Assembly: GCA_035623825.1 (NCBI GenBank)
Contig: DASPSR010000045.1
Coordinates: forward strand, 23,630 to 87,629
Length of the DNA: 64,000 bases
Direction of reading: 5' to 3'
DNA from: Nitrospirota bacterium
Lineage (GTDB): Bacteria > Nitrospirota > UBA9217
The translations under genes and the position numbers were made by a program. Shown piece after piece: positions 9,467 through 20,599 of this stretch. The first letter of the stretch is position 1, and the number at the start of each line of letters is the position of its first letter. The notes under the pieces were generated by a model. The model saw nothing but the letters and a program-made list of their open reading frames with translations. It was not told the origin of the DNA and ran no database searches.

Positions 9467-10870
9467 GTGCAGGACAGGTATTTTGATGTCGACTCTCGTT
9501 CAGTCTTGGCGAGGGCGTTAAGGAACGGAGGTGAATATGCAGATCTGTTCCTTGAGCGGAGTACGCCTTTTTCCATCATGTGCGAGGACGGCAGGATCGA
9601 GAAGATCCTTGCCGGTCTTGATTGCGGTGTCGGTGTTCGGCTGATATTTGGAGCGCGGACGGCCTATGCCTATTCAAATGATATCTCTCTTGCATCCCTT
9701 CTGGCTCTCGCCGATGCGGTCAGCCAGGCAGCTGCAGCTGAACGCAATGCTTCGCATGCTTCTGTCATAAACCTTACCCGAAAAGATACTCACGTCGATT
9801 TCCCCATCGAGAAGTCGCCGGAAGCGGTCAGCACCGATCAAAAGGTCGGCATGGTGCTCCAGGCGAACCGCGTCGCCCTTTCCATAGATTCCCGCATCAG
9901 GCAGGTGATGGTCGTGTACCGGGAGAACCGTCAGCAGGTGCTTATAGCAAATTCCGACGGGTTCGTTGCAGAAGACGAACGCAGGCACCTCACCGCGGTT
10001 GTCCACGTGGTGGCGGCAAGCGGTGAAGTCGTGCAGACGGGATACGAGCCGGTCGGCGGGTTTGCCGGCATGGAACTGTTTGATCGTGAACCGCTTGACA
10101 AAGCGGCAGAGATCGCGGGCCGGCGCGCTGTCATGATGCTGTCAGCCCGGAAGGCGCCTGCCGGGAGGATGCCGGTGGTCCTGTCGTCTTCGGCGGGGGG
10201 GACGATGATCCACGAGGCGGTCGGCCACGGGCTTGAAGCGGATCTGGCGCAGTCCGGTCTCTCCGTGTATTCGAACAAGATCGGCCAGCGGATCGCTTGC
10301 CCGCTCATCACCGTGGTGGACGACGCTACGCTCGCAGGGAAACGAGGTTCGTTCCGGTTTGACGATGAAGGCACCGAGGCCGAGCGAACCGTGCTGGTGG
10401 ACAAAGGCGTGCTCAAGACGTTCATGTATGACAGGCTGACGGCCATGAAGGATGGGGCGCGCTCTACGGGTAACGGGAGACGTGAATCCTACAAGAATCG
10501 GCCAATCCCGCGGATGACGAATACCATGATAGCTCCGGGGACATCCGATCCGGGAGAGATCCTGCGCACTACATCGAACGGCCTGTTCGTAAAGAAGATG
10601 GGCGGCGGTCAGGTGAACACGGTGAATGGCGATTTCGTGTTCGAGGTGAGCGAAGGGTACCGGATCGAGAACGGTACGATCGGCGAGCCGGTGCGCGGCG
10701 CCACGCTCACGGGAAACGGTCCGCTGGTGCTCATGTCCATCGATATGGTCGGGTCCGACCTGGGATTTTCCATCGGCACCTGCGGCAAGGACGGCCAGGG
10801 CTCTCCGGTAAGCGATGCCCAGCCTACGCTCAGGATCCCGGAGATCACCGTCGGCGGAGAAGTGGCGTGA
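9467..10870 (+). CDS. tldD: TldD-family metalloprotease
   Basis: HEAVGHGLEAD, DDEG, STGNGRRES, PIPRMTNT, GTCGKDGQ. Confidence 0.92.
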   Translation: MQDRYFDVDSRSVLARALRNGGEYADLFLERSTPFSIMCEDGRIEKILAGLDCGVGVRLIFGARTAYAYSNDISLASLLALADAVSQAAAAERNASHASVINLTRKDTHVDFPIEKSPEAVSTDQKVGMVLQANRVALSIDSRIRQVMVVYRENRQQVLIANSDGFVAEDERRHLTAVVHVVAASGEVVQTGYEPVGGFAGMELFDREPLDKAAEIAGRRAVMMLSARKAPAGRMPVVLSSSAGGTMIHEAVGHGLEADLAQSGLSVYSNKIGQRIACPLITVVDDATLAGKRGSFRFDDEGTEAERTVLVDKGVLKTFMYDRLTAMKDGARSTGNGRRESYKNRPIPRMTNTMIAPGTSDPGEILRTTSNGLFVKKMGGGQVNTVNGDFVFEVSEGYRIENGTIGEPVRGATLTGNGPLVLMSIDMVGSDLGFSIGTCGKDGQGSPVSDAQPTLRIPEITVGGEVA

Positions 10871-10894
10871 GGACCGGGAGAGAAATGGTGCGGC

Positions 10895-12637
10895 ATGATT
10901 GAGATCGTCAAAAAAAGGCTTGAACTAAAGATCATCATATCCCTCATTGCCGTCCTTTGCTGCATTATCGGGATTTTCACCTATGCAGATATCCGGACCA
11001 TGCGGGCCGACACGATCCGGGACTCGGAGCAGAATCTCGGGGCCCTGGCACGGTCGGTCAAGGAGAGCGTGGCGGCCGCGATGAGAAAGCAGCACCAGGA
11101 CGAGGTCCAACACATCATTGAAGGGGTGCAAAACACTTTCGGCGTTGCCGGCATCGTCATTTACAATGAAGAGGGGAAAGCGCTGCGTCGCACGGGAACG
11201 GAAAGGAACGGCAAGGAACCTGATCTGCCGATTCCGCCGCAGATACTTCACACCGTGTCCGATCGTGACCATGCCGATATCCAACGGCGGAATGGGATTT
11301 ATTACCTCTCCTATTACTCGCCGATAGCAAATCTGTCCGAGTGCATTACATGCCACGGAGATCAGAATAAGCTGAACGGAATTCTCAGAATAGATTTTTC
11401 CCTTCAGGACAGAGAAAAACTCATTGCTTCACGCCGCAACACCATTCTTATATGGTCTGCGTTCATGATTGCAGCGCTCATCGTGGCGCTGATGATCCTG
11501 CTTAGAGTCGTCGTATACAGGCCGGTCAGGGAACTGCGTGACGCCATGGTCCGTGCCGAATCGGGGGAGGAGAAGGTGCTGCTGTCGACTGCCGGTGACG
11601 ATGAACTCTCCGATCTCAAGCGGAGGTTTGTAAGCATGCTCGACAGGATAAACGCCCTGCATGCAGCCAATCTCGAAAAGGAAAAGGAAATAGCGCGGAA
11701 TCAGGAGATCATGCGGTTTCGAGCTGAACTCCAGACCATGTTCGATGCCATGCCCGAGGGCGTGCTCCTGATCGACGGGGACTTGAAGATCGTTCAGATA
11801 AATCCCCGGGCATATGAATTGCTGCCATGGCTGAAAACAGCCGCCGGACGGATTCCGCCCGAAAGAACGAAAAAAAGTTCTTGCCCCCATAAAGGCATAC
11901 CGGAAGCGTTTGAAGAAGGAAAGATGTTTGAGCATCAGTGCAGTATCAAGCTGCCTGACGGCACGGTAAGGCATCTCCACAGCATCTGCGCGCCGATCCT
12001 CGAGGACGGCAGGGTGCTCTACGTGGTCGAGGTCATCCGGGACATCACCGAACGGGTCAAAACAGAAAGGGAGCTTGAGGAAAAAAAGTCGGAACTTCTC
12101 GCCGCGAACAGGCTGCTGTCGCAGGTTGCCATTACGGACAGCCTCACTCAGGTATATAATCGCCATCACTTCGATGGGCTCCTTCACAAGGAGATAAAAC
12201 GCCTTACCCGGAGGAAGTATTCACATCTCTCGCTCATGATGATCGATATCGACCATTTCAAAAAGCTAAATGACAGGTATGGCCACCTCACCGGAGATGC
12301 GGTGCTCAGCGAGGTCGCGAAAGTGCTCAAGGAGCACATCAGGACAACAGATACCATCGCACGATACGGGGGCGAGGAATTTGCCATTGTCATGCCGGAT
12401 ACCCACCTGGAAGGCGCGGTGTACCGGGCGGAGGTTCTGAGAAAGACAATTGAGAACACAGAATTCCAGGGACATTACGGTTCAATCCGGATTACGATCA
12501 GCATCGGAGTGGCTGTCTATTCCGTCGGTTCTCCCCGTGACTTTGTTGCGATGGCGGACCAGGCACTGTATCAAGCCAAGGACTCCGGCAGGAATGCGGT
12601 GGCCGCGAGCAGAACCGAAGATGTGGCAACCCTGTGA
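10895..12637 (+). CDS. Diguanylate cyclase: periplasmic heme-c sensor, HAMP, PAS, GGDEF
   Basis: Two TMs flanking PIANLSECITCH; DIDHFK, RTTD I-site, RYGGEEF. Confidence 0.92.
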   Translation: MIEIVKKRLELKIIISLIAVLCCIIGIFTYADIRTMRADTIRDSEQNLGALARSVKESVAAAMRKQHQDEVQHIIEGVQNTFGVAGIVIYNEEGKALRRTGTERNGKEPDLPIPPQILHTVSDRDHADIQRRNGIYYLSYYSPIANLSECITCHGDQNKLNGILRIDFSLQDREKLIASRRNTILIWSAFMIAALIVALMILLRVVVYRPVRELRDAMVRAESGEEKVLLSTAGDDELSDLKRRFVSMLDRINALHAANLEKEKEIARNQEIMRFRAELQTMFDAMPEGVLLIDGDLKIVQINPRAYELLPWLKTAAGRIPPERTKKSSCPHKGIPEAFEEGKMFEHQCSIKLPDGTVRHLHSICAPILEDGRVLYVVEVIRDITERVKTERELEEKKSELLAANRLLSQVAITDSLTQVYNRHHFDGLLHKEIKRLTRRKYSHLSLMMIDIDHFKKLNDRYGHLTGDAVLSEVAKVLKEHIRTTDTIARYGGEEFAIVMPDTHLEGAVYRAEVLRKTIENTEFQGHYGSIRITISIGVAVYSVGSPRDFVAMADQALYQAKDSGRNAVAASRTEDVATL

Positions 12638-12667
12638 ATTTGCGCAGTTCCAATACGGGGGGGAACC

Positions 12668-13159
12668 ATGATCCGTGCGGCAATTATCACGCTGAGCGAC
12701 AAAGGCGCATCGGGAGAGCGGCTTGACGAGAGCGGTCCGATTATCCGCGAGATGATCGCCGGCATCGGCGCCTCTGTCGTTCACTACGACATCCTGCCGG
12801 ATGAAAAATCGGGAATCATCGACCTATTGATAAGATTATGTGACGCTGGAAACGTCGATCTCATCATCACGACCGGCGGTACAGGCGTGGCCCCGCGGGA
12901 TGTGACGCCGGAGGCCACGCTTTCTGTGATCGACCGCGAGCTTCCAGGCATGGCGGAAGCCATGCGAGCCGAAAGCCTCAAAAAGACGCCGCGCGCCATG
13001 ATATCCCGGGCCATTGCCGGCATCAGGAAACACACCCTGATCGTGAACCTCCCAGGCAGCCCCCGGGCTGTGCGCGAAAACCTTGCCGTGATCCTTCCTG
13101 CCATCCCCCATACGATCGAAAAGATCAAGGGTGATCCTTCGGAATGCGGCGGTTTGTAG
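12668..13159 (+). CDS. mog: Molybdopterin adenylyltransferase (MogA/MoaB)
   Basis: TLSD, TTGGTG, RDVTPEA, NLPGSP. Confidence 0.9.
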   Translation: MIRAAIITLSDKGASGERLDESGPIIREMIAGIGASVVHYDILPDEKSGIIDLLIRLCDAGNVDLIITTGGTGVAPRDVTPEATLSVIDRELPGMAEAMRAESLKKTPRAMISRAIAGIRKHTLIVNLPGSPRAVRENLAVILPAIPHTIEKIKGDPSECGGL

Positions 13160-13334
13160 CCGGGGCACGGCGCACACCTGCGCATGGCGAACAGCATCCG
13201 ACGTAGCCCCGTTCTCGCGCGATGCGGCACTTTCCCCTGGTCATTCCCATGAAAAAATCCATTTGTCTCTCTCCGGTCTCTGTGATACACTTCTTAAAAA
13301 TGCTCAATACGACCATGCATAACGAGGAGGGCCT

Positions 13335-14087
13335 ATGTTCTGTTCCCAATGCGGCAAGGAGGTAGCTGAAGGCCAGGCATTCTGCCCGCACTGCGGAGCC
13401 AGTCTTGCCGAACCCGCGCCGCCTGCCGGGGCGAGGGAAAAGACGCCTTGGGAGGACCGTGAAGCGCGGGGTTTTTTCACCGGGCTTTTTACGACCGTCA
13501 GGGACACATTGTTCCAGCCATCGGAATTTTTCAAGAAAATGCCGGTCACCGGCGGGCTTACAGACCCATTGCTGTATGCTCTGATCGTTGGGATGATCGG
13601 CCTTATGTTCTCGTATTTCTGGCAGGTCCTGCTTCAGGGTGCAATGCAGGAGACCATGTTCCCCGCGATGAAGACCGTTGCAGGGCAGAACATGTTCCGA
13701 GGAATCGGCATGGCCGCTCTGGCCTTCTTCAGTCCTTTTCTGATCATTCTCTGGCTCTTTGTCTGGTCGGGGGTTCTCCACCTGTTTCTTATGATGGTCA
13801 AGGGTGCGAGGTCCGGCTTCGAGGCAACCTTCAGAGTGGTAGCCTACAGTTCCAGTACGAACCTTCTTCTCATCGTCCCCTTTTGCGGAAGCATTTTCGC
13901 GGGGGTGTGGGCCATCGTTCTCACGATCATCGGGATCAGGGAAGCACATGAGACGACGGGGGGAAAGGCGGCCATTGCGGTCTTCTTCCCTATCGTCGTC
14001 TGCTGTGGACTGATTCTTGCCGCCATAGCGCTGTTCGTGGGCGCTGCAGCGGTATCATTGGGCACTTTCATGCAGATGCAGCAGTGA
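13335..14087 (+). CDS. Zinc-ribbon plus YIP1-family membrane protein
   Basis: CSQCG...FCPHCG, TPWE, P.EFF, five TMs, RVVAYS. Confidence 0.85.
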   Translation: MFCSQCGKEVAEGQAFCPHCGASLAEPAPPAGAREKTPWEDREARGFFTGLFTTVRDTLFQPSEFFKKMPVTGGLTDPLLYALIVGMIGLMFSYFWQVLLQGAMQETMFPAMKTVAGQNMFRGIGMAALAFFSPFLIILWLFVWSGVLHLFLMMVKGARSGFEATFRVVAYSSSTNLLLIVPFCGSIFAGVWAIVLTIIGIREAHETTGGKAAIAVFFPIVVCCGLILAAIALFVGAAAVSLGTFMQMQQ

Positions 14088-14105
14088 TGTGAAACGCATA
14101 CTGAT

Positions 14106-14513
14106 ATGCGCCTGATACTGAAAGAGCGGATGCGTGGTCAAATAGAGTTCGGCATCATTTATGGCGGCATTGCCTTGCTCGCGGTCTTCGTAGGGCGGTT
14201 TGTGCCCGTACTTTCGTTTGCCCCTTCCTGCGTTTTCAAAGGTCTCACGGGCGTTCCGTGCCCCACCTGTGGCGCCACGCGTTCGGTTGTGCATTTTGCC
14301 CATGGAGAGCTTTCCGCGTCGCTTAGTTTGAACCCGCTGGTCCCGTTGTGCCTTGTCATTGCTTCCATTATATTTTTTTACAGTCTGACTACCCTGATTC
14401 TTGGCATCCCGCGCATCGGGATCATTCTTTCCGATCGTGAAAAGAACATTGCAAGGGCCGCAATGATCGCTCTCGTTTTGGCGAACTGGTGTTATCTGAT
14501 CTTTTCGCGGTAA
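14106..14513 (+). CDS. DUF2752-like membrane protein
   Basis: CVFKGLTGVPCPTCGATRS and LNP motifs. Confidence 0.85.
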   Translation: MRLILKERMRGQIEFGIIYGGIALLAVFVGRFVPVLSFAPSCVFKGLTGVPCPTCGATRSVVHFAHGELSASLSLNPLVPLCLVIASIIFFYSLTTLILGIPRIGIILSDREKNIARAAMIALVLANWCYLIFSR

Positions 14514-14641
14514 TTTCCTTATCTTCACGTCTGTCCTTTCTGTTTGAATAATAATATTATTTACATTTAGTCCATAGTATGTTAAAATAATTATCTTTTA
14601 GGAATAATCCAAATAAATTAGGCGGTTACGGAGGGTACGGC

Positions 14642-15595
14642 GTGGACCGTGCTGTGATAGGCGTGGACCTGGGGGGCACGAATTTAAGGACGGCCCTTGT
14701 AAGTCCCGACGGAGAGATTCTCGACAAGCACAAGGAGGCAACTCAGGCGGCCGACGGCTGGATGAAAGTTGTAGCGAGGCTGATTGATAACATCAAGCGG
14801 CAGAAAGAAAAAGGTGCGCAGAATGGAATGGAAGTTTCTTCCGTCGGTGTCGGCGCACCGGGCGTTATACTGGTGAACAAGGGTATCGTCGTGAAGTCTC
14901 CCAACTTCCCTGATTGGAACAACCTCCCGCTGAAGAGCGAGCTGGAGAAGGCGCTCAATATCCCGGTCTTTATCGAAAATGATGCCAATGCTGCGGCCCT
15001 CGGGGAGAAATGGCGCGGCGCGGGACGCGATGTCGCGAGTATGATATTGCTTACCTTGGGCACAGGTGTGGGCGGCGGTATCATCCTCGATAACAAGGTA
15101 TGGCATGGAGCAGACGGCATGGCCGGCGAGATAGGGCACATGACGCTCATTCCGGACGGCAGATCGTGCACCTGCGGCAATAACGGCTGCCTGGAAATGT
15201 ACGCATCGGCACGCGGCATAGTGCGAAGTTACCGGGAAGAATTGGAAAAGCGCAATCTGTCCGCGACGGCTAAAGACATCACGTCGGAAAAAGTGTATCA
15301 GGCGGCGCGCGAGGGAGACGCAGTCGCCCGAGGGGTGATGAAGGACATGGGCCGCATGCTCGGGATCGGCATCGCGAGCTTGATCAACATCTTTAACCCG
15401 GAGAGGGTCGTGATCGGCGGAGGGGTCAAGGATGCATGGTCGCTGTTCATCGGGGCAACGCATGAGGAGATCATGAAACGGGCATTTCAGGTCCCTGCTG
15501 AGCGGACCGAGATCGTGCCGTCATCGCTGGGCGATGACGCAGGCATGGTAGGTGCCGCCGCAGTAGCGCTCGAGAATCGTGCCGGACGATGTTGA
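14642..15595 (+). CDS. glk: ROK-family glucokinase
   Basis: GVDLGGT, ENDANAAALGE, LGTGVGGG, GEIGH, CTCGNNGCLE. Confidence 0.88.
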   Translation: MDRAVIGVDLGGTNLRTALVSPDGEILDKHKEATQAADGWMKVVARLIDNIKRQKEKGAQNGMEVSSVGVGAPGVILVNKGIVVKSPNFPDWNNLPLKSELEKALNIPVFIENDANAAALGEKWRGAGRDVASMILLTLGTGVGGGIILDNKVWHGADGMAGEIGHMTLIPDGRSCTCGNNGCLEMYASARGIVRSYREELEKRNLSATAKDITSEKVYQAAREGDAVARGVMKDMGRMLGIGIASLINIFNPERVVIGGGVKDAWSLFIGATHEEIMKRAFQVPAERTEIVPSSLGDDAGMVGAAAVALENRAGRC

Positions 15596-15709
15596 GGGAA
15601 ATATCGCGGTTTCAGATGAGGGTCAGGACCGAAGATACTGTTTCAGCGTGATGATCATCATGCCTATGATCCAAACGTTGTAGAATTGGAACGCGGGATC
15701 TCAGGGGTT

Positions 15710-17521
15710 ATGGCAAGTACGAATATCAGGAATTTCTGCATTATTGCGCATATCGACCACGGCAAGTCCACTCTTGCCGACAGGATTCTTGAATATACCG
15801 GCGCGCTTTCGGATCGGGAAATGCAGGCTGCTGGCGGCGACCAGGTGCTCGATGACATGGACCTCGAGCGTGAGCGGGGCATCACCATCAAGGCCCACGC
15901 CGTGCGCCTCCGCTATAAGGCATCGGACGGCAAGGAGTATGTGTTGAACCTGATCGACACCCCTGGCCACGTGGACTTCACCTACGAGGTTTCGCGCAGC
16001 ATGGCGGCCTGTGAGGGAGCGCTCCTCGTGGTGGATGCGTCCCAGGGGGTGGAGGCCCAGACACTGGCCAACGCCTATCTTGCGATCGACCACAATCTCG
16101 AGATGGTCCCCGTTATCAATAAGATCGACCTGCCGAGCGCGAACATCGAGGATGTAAAACGGCAGATCGAGGAGGTCGTCGGGCTCGACTCCTCCGGCGC
16201 CATTCCGGCGAGCGCCAAGGAAGGCATCGGGACCAAAGATATCCTCGAGGCAGTCGTGAAGCATATCCCGTCGCCGTCCGGAAGCCCGGATGCTCCGCTT
16301 CGGGCGCTGCTGTTCGATTCCTGGTATGACACCTATCAGGGAGTGGTCATCCTTGTGCGGGTAGTCGACGGGACGGTGCGGCCTAAGCAGAAGGTCAAGC
16401 TCTACTCGACCGCCGCAGTGTACGAAGTTCAATCCGTCGGGGTCTTCACGCCGAAGATGCAGGAGACGCCGGAGCTGTCGCAGGGCGAGGTGGGCTACAT
16501 CATCGCCGGCATCAAGCGGGTCTCGGACGCGAAGATCGGCGATACGATCATGGATGCCGACCGACCTGCGGACGCGCCGCTTCCGGGATACAAGGATGTG
16601 AAGCCCATGGTCTTCGCAGGCATCTACCCGGTGAACAGCGATGATTACGAGGACCTCCGGGACGCACTCGAAAAACTGAGGCTGAACGACTCGTCATTCA
16701 GCTATGAGCCGGAGACGTCGCTCGCCCTCGGGTTCGGGTTCCGCTGCGGGTTCCTCGGCCTCCTGCACATGGATATCATCAAGGAGCGGCTCGAGCGCGA
16801 GTTCAAGCTCTCGCTCATCCCCACGGCGCCGACGGTCGTCTACCGCGTGACGAAGAACGACGGCGATATCGTGATGGTCGACAATCCGGCCAAGCTGCCG
16901 AAGGTCCAGGACATCCAGCGCATCGAGGAGCCCTTTATCGTGGCCTCGATCATCACTCCGGAGCAGTATGTGGGTTCGCTCATCGCCCTCTGCCAGGAGC
17001 GGAGGGGGACCCAGAAGGAGATAGAGTACATCACGAAGGACCGTGTGCTGATCACGTACGACCTGCCGCTCAACGAGATCGTAATGGATTTCTACGACCG
17101 GCTCAAGTCACTGACCAAAGGGTACGCGTCGCTCGACTACGAGCTTTCGGGCTATGTTGAGTCGGATCTCGTGAAACTCGATATGCTGCTGAACGGCGAG
17201 CCAGTGGATGCGCTGTCGCTCATCACGCACCGCGACAAGGCAGCTGTCCGGGGCAGACAACTTGCCGAAAAGCTGAAAGAGGTGATCCCTCGGCAGCTGT
17301 ATGAGGTGATCATCCAGGCGGCGATCGGGTCCAAGATCATCTCACGCGAGACGGTGAAGGCGCTCCGCAAGAATGTGACCGCAAAGTGTTACGGAGGCGA
17401 TATCACGAGAAAACGCAAGCTCCTCGAAAAGCAGAAGGAAGGCAAGAAGAGGATGAAACAGGTAGGCAGCGTGGAACTTCCGCAGGAGGCGTTCCTTGCG
17501 GTGCTGAAGGTGGGAGAATAG
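15710..17521 (+). CDS. lepA: Elongation factor 4
   Basis: [45 protein letters not shown]; start moved to ATG 15710. Confidence 0.97.
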   Translation: MASTNIRNFCIIAHIDHGKSTLADRILEYTGALSDREMQAAGGDQVLDDMDLERERGITIKAHAVRLRYKASDGKEYVLNLIDTPGHVDFTYEVSRSMAACEGALLVVDASQGVEAQTLANAYLAIDHNLEMVPVINKIDLPSANIEDVKRQIEEVVGLDSSGAIPASAKEGIGTKDILEAVVKHIPSPSGSPDAPLRALLFDSWYDTYQGVVILVRVVDGTVRPKQKVKLYSTAAVYEVQSVGVFTPKMQETPELSQGEVGYIIAGIKRVSDAKIGDTIMDADRPADAPLPGYKDVKPMVFAGIYPVNSDDYEDLRDALEKLRLNDSSFSYEPETSLALGFGFRCGFLGLLHMDIIKERLEREFKLSLIPTAPTVVYRVTKNDGDIVMVDNPAKLPKVQDIQRIEEPFIVASIITPEQYVGSLIALCQERRGTQKEIEYITKDRVLITYDLPLNEIVMDFYDRLKSLTKGYASLDYELSGYVESDLVKLDMLLNGEPVDALSLITHRDKAAVRGRQLAEKLKEVIPRQLYEVIIQAAIGSKIISRETVKALRKNVTAKCYGGDITRKRKLLEKQKEGKKRMKQVGSVELPQEAFLAVLKVGE

Positions 17522-17625
17522 ACAGGTCAAAGGGCGAAGCTGAAAAGTCCACAATAGTGAGGGTAAGGTTCCAGTGTATAGCATTAATTTCGGCGTTCTT
17601 GATGCGGTGATCCGCTGTTGGAGGC

Positions 17626-18333
17626 ATGATGTCTGAGACTAAGCAGGAAATCACGAAGAAAAAATCATTTTACAAGGAGTGGATAGAGCCTTTTCTGATC
17701 GCGGCGATCGTCGCGCTGTTCATCAGGCAGTTCATCGTGGAAGCGTTCAAGATCCCGTCGGGGTCCATGATCCCAACGCTCACGATCGGCGACCATCTGC
17801 TCGTAAACAAGTTCGTTTATGGCCCGCGGATACCCTTCATGGACAGCAGGATCTTCTCCTGGCAGGTCCCGAAGCGCGGCGAGATCATCGTCTTCAAATA
17901 TCCTGAGAACGAGGACAAGAACTTCATCAAGCGCGTGGTCGGTCTGCCGGGAGATAAACTGCAGATCATAAGCGGCAAGCTGTATATCAATGACCAGGCC
18001 GTTCTCATAACGTCGACCGGGCCCCCTGCGGATAGCAGCGTTGAGGAGGGGCCATCGTTCGGCAAGCCGGCGTTTTACGAGGAGCAGCTCGGAACGGTCG
18101 AACACAGGATCCAATACCTTATTGACCAGTCCCACAAAAACGAAGGCCCCTGGCTTGTGCCCAGGGATTCTGTGTTTGTTATGGGAGACAACCGCGACAA
18201 CAGCCAGGATAGCCGCGTATGGGGATTCGTCAAATTCAACAAAATTCTCGGCCGGGCATTCGTCATTTACTGGTCATGGGATGGGGACGGCCGTTGGGTA
18301 AGATGGGAGCGGATAGGAAAGCTGATCAAGTAG
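17626..18333 (+). CDS. lepB: Signal peptidase I
   Basis: IPSGSMIPTL, FIKRVVGLPGD, MGDNRDNSQDSR. Confidence 0.96.
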   Translation: MMSETKQEITKKKSFYKEWIEPFLIAAIVALFIRQFIVEAFKIPSGSMIPTLTIGDHLLVNKFVYGPRIPFMDSRIFSWQVPKRGEIIVFKYPENEDKNFIKRVVGLPGDKLQIISGKLYINDQAVLITSTGPPADSSVEEGPSFGKPAFYEEQLGTVEHRIQYLIDQSHKNEGPWLVPRDSVFVMGDNRDNSQDSRVWGFVKFNKILGRAFVIYWSWDGDGRWVRWERIGKLIK

Positions 18334-18351
18334 GGCCAGGAGGGGACTCCA

Positions 18352-18744
18352 ATGGGCATTCTCGCGAATCAGAACGGAGCGAGCAGATTCAAGGTGTTCT
18401 TGTGGTTTCTTTTTTTGTTCCTCGCCGTGCATGTCGCCGTCAAAGTGATACCGCCATACATGGATTATGCTAAGATGGAAGACGAAATGAAGACGAAAGC
18501 CAGCGTAGCCCAGGTGCTGAAAGACGAAGAAATACTGAAGGATCTAGAAAATAAGGCAAAAGAGCTTGACCTGCCGCTCACGCAGGACAGTTTCGTCCTC
18601 CACAGAGACATGGAAAGACGCAAGATGAAGATAAGCACAAAAGGCGGATGGGACGTCGAGGTGAACTTTCTGTGGGGCGCCTATGTTAGAACGTTTCATT
18701 TTGAGCCGGTGGTCGAAGAAGGTTTCATGCAGTCCCTGCCGTAG
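18352..18744 (+). CDS. DUF4845-like membrane-anchored protein
   Basis: Pilin-like NQNG + TM, KVIPPYMDY; usual position after lepB. Confidence 0.65.
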   Translation: MGILANQNGASRFKVFLWFLFLFLAVHVAVKVIPPYMDYAKMEDEMKTKASVAQVLKDEEILKDLENKAKELDLPLTQDSFVLHRDMERRKMKISTKGGWDVEVNFLWGAYVRTFHFEPVVEEGFMQSLP

Positions 18745-18764
18745 CGGGGCGTCATACGGTGAGT

Positions 18765-18793
18765 TTGACAAATACAGCCCGGTAGCGTAGTAT
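18765..18793 (+). promoter_or_regulatory. Sigma70 promoter of the yicC-remA-gmk-rpoZ-coaBC run
   Basis: TTGACA-17nt-TAGTAT. Confidence 0.55.
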
Positions 18794-18814
18794 TTCTGCC
18801 GTGAACAAGGTGGT

Positions 18815-19699
18815 GTGCTGGTGATCCGCAGCATGACGGGATATGGCCGGAGCGAAATGAGCGATGCCGGCAGACACTTTACCATAGAAGTCCGCTCGGT
18901 GAATAACCGCTATATCGATATTCAGGTAAAGGCGCCGAGGGAGTTCTCGGTGCTCGAACAGCGTATCAGAAAAAGCGTTCAGGACCGCTTTTCCCGGGGC
19001 CGCTTCGACGTCTACATCACCCGAAACGGCGAAAAAGAGGGCGCCGGCAGGCTCGTCGTCGATGAAACGCTGGCTGGGCAGTATGTTGCGGCGCTCCGCG
19101 ATCTGAAGGCGCGCTTCGGACTTGGCGGCGACGTCGATCTGTCCTTCCTGGCGGGATTTCAAGACCTCTTCTCGCTGACCGAGGTGAAAGAGAATATGGA
19201 GGCCGTATGGCAGGCGCTTGCCGACGGTCTCACCCATGCCCTCAAGGGGCTTGAAGGCATGCGGGCCGAAGAAGGCAGGGCGCTCGCCCGCGACATCTCG
19301 GGACGGCTCGAGACCATCGACAGATTGCTTGCCGCCATCCATGAACTTGCGCCGGCGTCGGTGGAGGCAGCGCGGAAGAGGATGTCTGATGTCCTGGCAA
19401 AACTTCTCCATGAACAGCCGGACCCCGTACGGCTGGCGCAGGAAATAGCCATTCTGGCAGAACGCACCGACGTGACGGAGGAGCTCACGCGCCTGGGAAG
19501 CCATATGAGGCAGTTTCGGGCCCTGCTCGCGGACCCGTCCGAGGCGGTCGGCAGAAAACTTGATTTTCTCCTGCAGGAGATGGGGCGAGAGACGAACACC
19601 ATCGCGTCGAAGGCCATGGATGCGCAGATATCATTGAGCGTGGTGAACATCAAGGCGGAACTGGAAAAGATCCGGGAACAGGTCCAGAACATCGAGTAA
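18815..19699 (+). CDS. yicC: YicC/YloC-family endoribonuclease
   Basis: [41 protein letters not shown]. Confidence 0.93.
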   Translation: MLVIRSMTGYGRSEMSDAGRHFTIEVRSVNNRYIDIQVKAPREFSVLEQRIRKSVQDRFSRGRFDVYITRNGEKEGAGRLVVDETLAGQYVAALRDLKARFGLGGDVDLSFLAGFQDLFSLTEVKENMEAVWQALADGLTHALKGLEGMRAEEGRALARDISGRLETIDRLLAAIHELAPASVEAARKRMSDVLAKLLHEQPDPVRLAQEIAILAERTDVTEELTRLGSHMRQFRALLADPSEAVGRKLDFLLQEMGRETNTIASKAMDAQISLSVVNIKAELEKIREQVQNIE

Positions 19700-19704
19700 A
19701 GACT

Positions 19705-19956
19705 ATGGCGAACCAGCTCGTCAATATCGGGTACGGTAACATGGTGATGGCCTCGAAAGTTGTCGCGGTCCTGTCGCCTGAATCAGCTCCGATGCGCCGG
19801 ATCAAGGACGATGCCAAGGAGCGGAAGATGCTGCTCGACGCCACCCAAGGAAGAAAAACGCGGTCGATTATCATCACCGACAGCGACCATGTCATACTGT
19901 CGGCCGTGCAGGTCGAAACGCTCATGCAGAGATTTTCCGGTCGAGGGGAAGAATGA
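19705..19956 (+). CDS. remA: RemA/DUF370-family protein
   Basis: [33 protein letters not shown]. Confidence 0.9.
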   Translation: MANQLVNIGYGNMVMASKVVAVLSPESAPMRRIKDDAKERKMLLDATQGRKTRSIIITDSDHVILSAVQVETLMQRFSGRGEE

Positions 19957-20561
19957 AGAGGAAAGACGGGCTGCTCTTTGTAATCTCGGCCCCTTCGGGC
20001 GCCGGGAAGACCACCCTGTGCAAGGCGCTTACGGACTCACTCGAAAACCTCAGGCACTCTATCTCCTACACCACCCGGAAACCCAGACCCGGAGAGATCG
20101 ACGGGAGGGAGTACAATTTCGCCACGGAAGAGCGCTTCCGGAACATGGTCCAGGCAGGCGATTTCGCGGAATGGGCGCGCGTGCATTCCCATCTCTACGG
20201 AACGTCGAGACGGGTGCTCGATGAAATGCGTACAGAGGGGATCGATGTGATCCTCGACATTGACACCCAGGGAGCCAAGCAGATCAAGGAAAAGTATGGT
20301 GAATCGGTCTTCATATTCATCATGCCGCCGTCACTGGAGATACTGGAAGAACGGCTCCGGAACCGTAAGTCGGATCACGAAGATGAGATCAAAAGGAGAA
20401 TGCTTCGGGCTCGGGACGAGATCAAGGATTACGCCATGTATGACTATATCATCATCAACAGGGATTTCGAGCGGGCGCTTGCCGAACTACGCGCCGTCGT
20501 CATTGCCGAGCGGTGCCGGACCAGGATGATCGATCGAACATGGATAGAAGGCATGTTCTGA
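19953..20561 (+). CDS. gmk: Guanylate kinase
   Basis: [26 protein letters not shown]. Confidence 0.96.
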   Translation: MKRKDGLLFVISAPSGAGKTTLCKALTDSLENLRHSISYTTRKPRPGEIDGREYNFATEERFRNMVQAGDFAEWARVHSHLYGTSRRVLDEMRTEGIDVILDIDTQGAKQIKEKYGESVFIFIMPPSLEILEERLRNRKSDHEDEIKRRMLRARDEIKDYAMYDYIIINRDFERALAELRAVVIAERCRTRMIDRTWIEGMF

Positions 20562-20599
20562 CACAAAACCATACTATTTATTCCACCGGGAGGTGAACG

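Noticed and set aside
15820-15845. Short AAGG insertion in LepA ([13 protein letters not shown])
   Set aside because: Small in-frame loop variation with no functional inference possible
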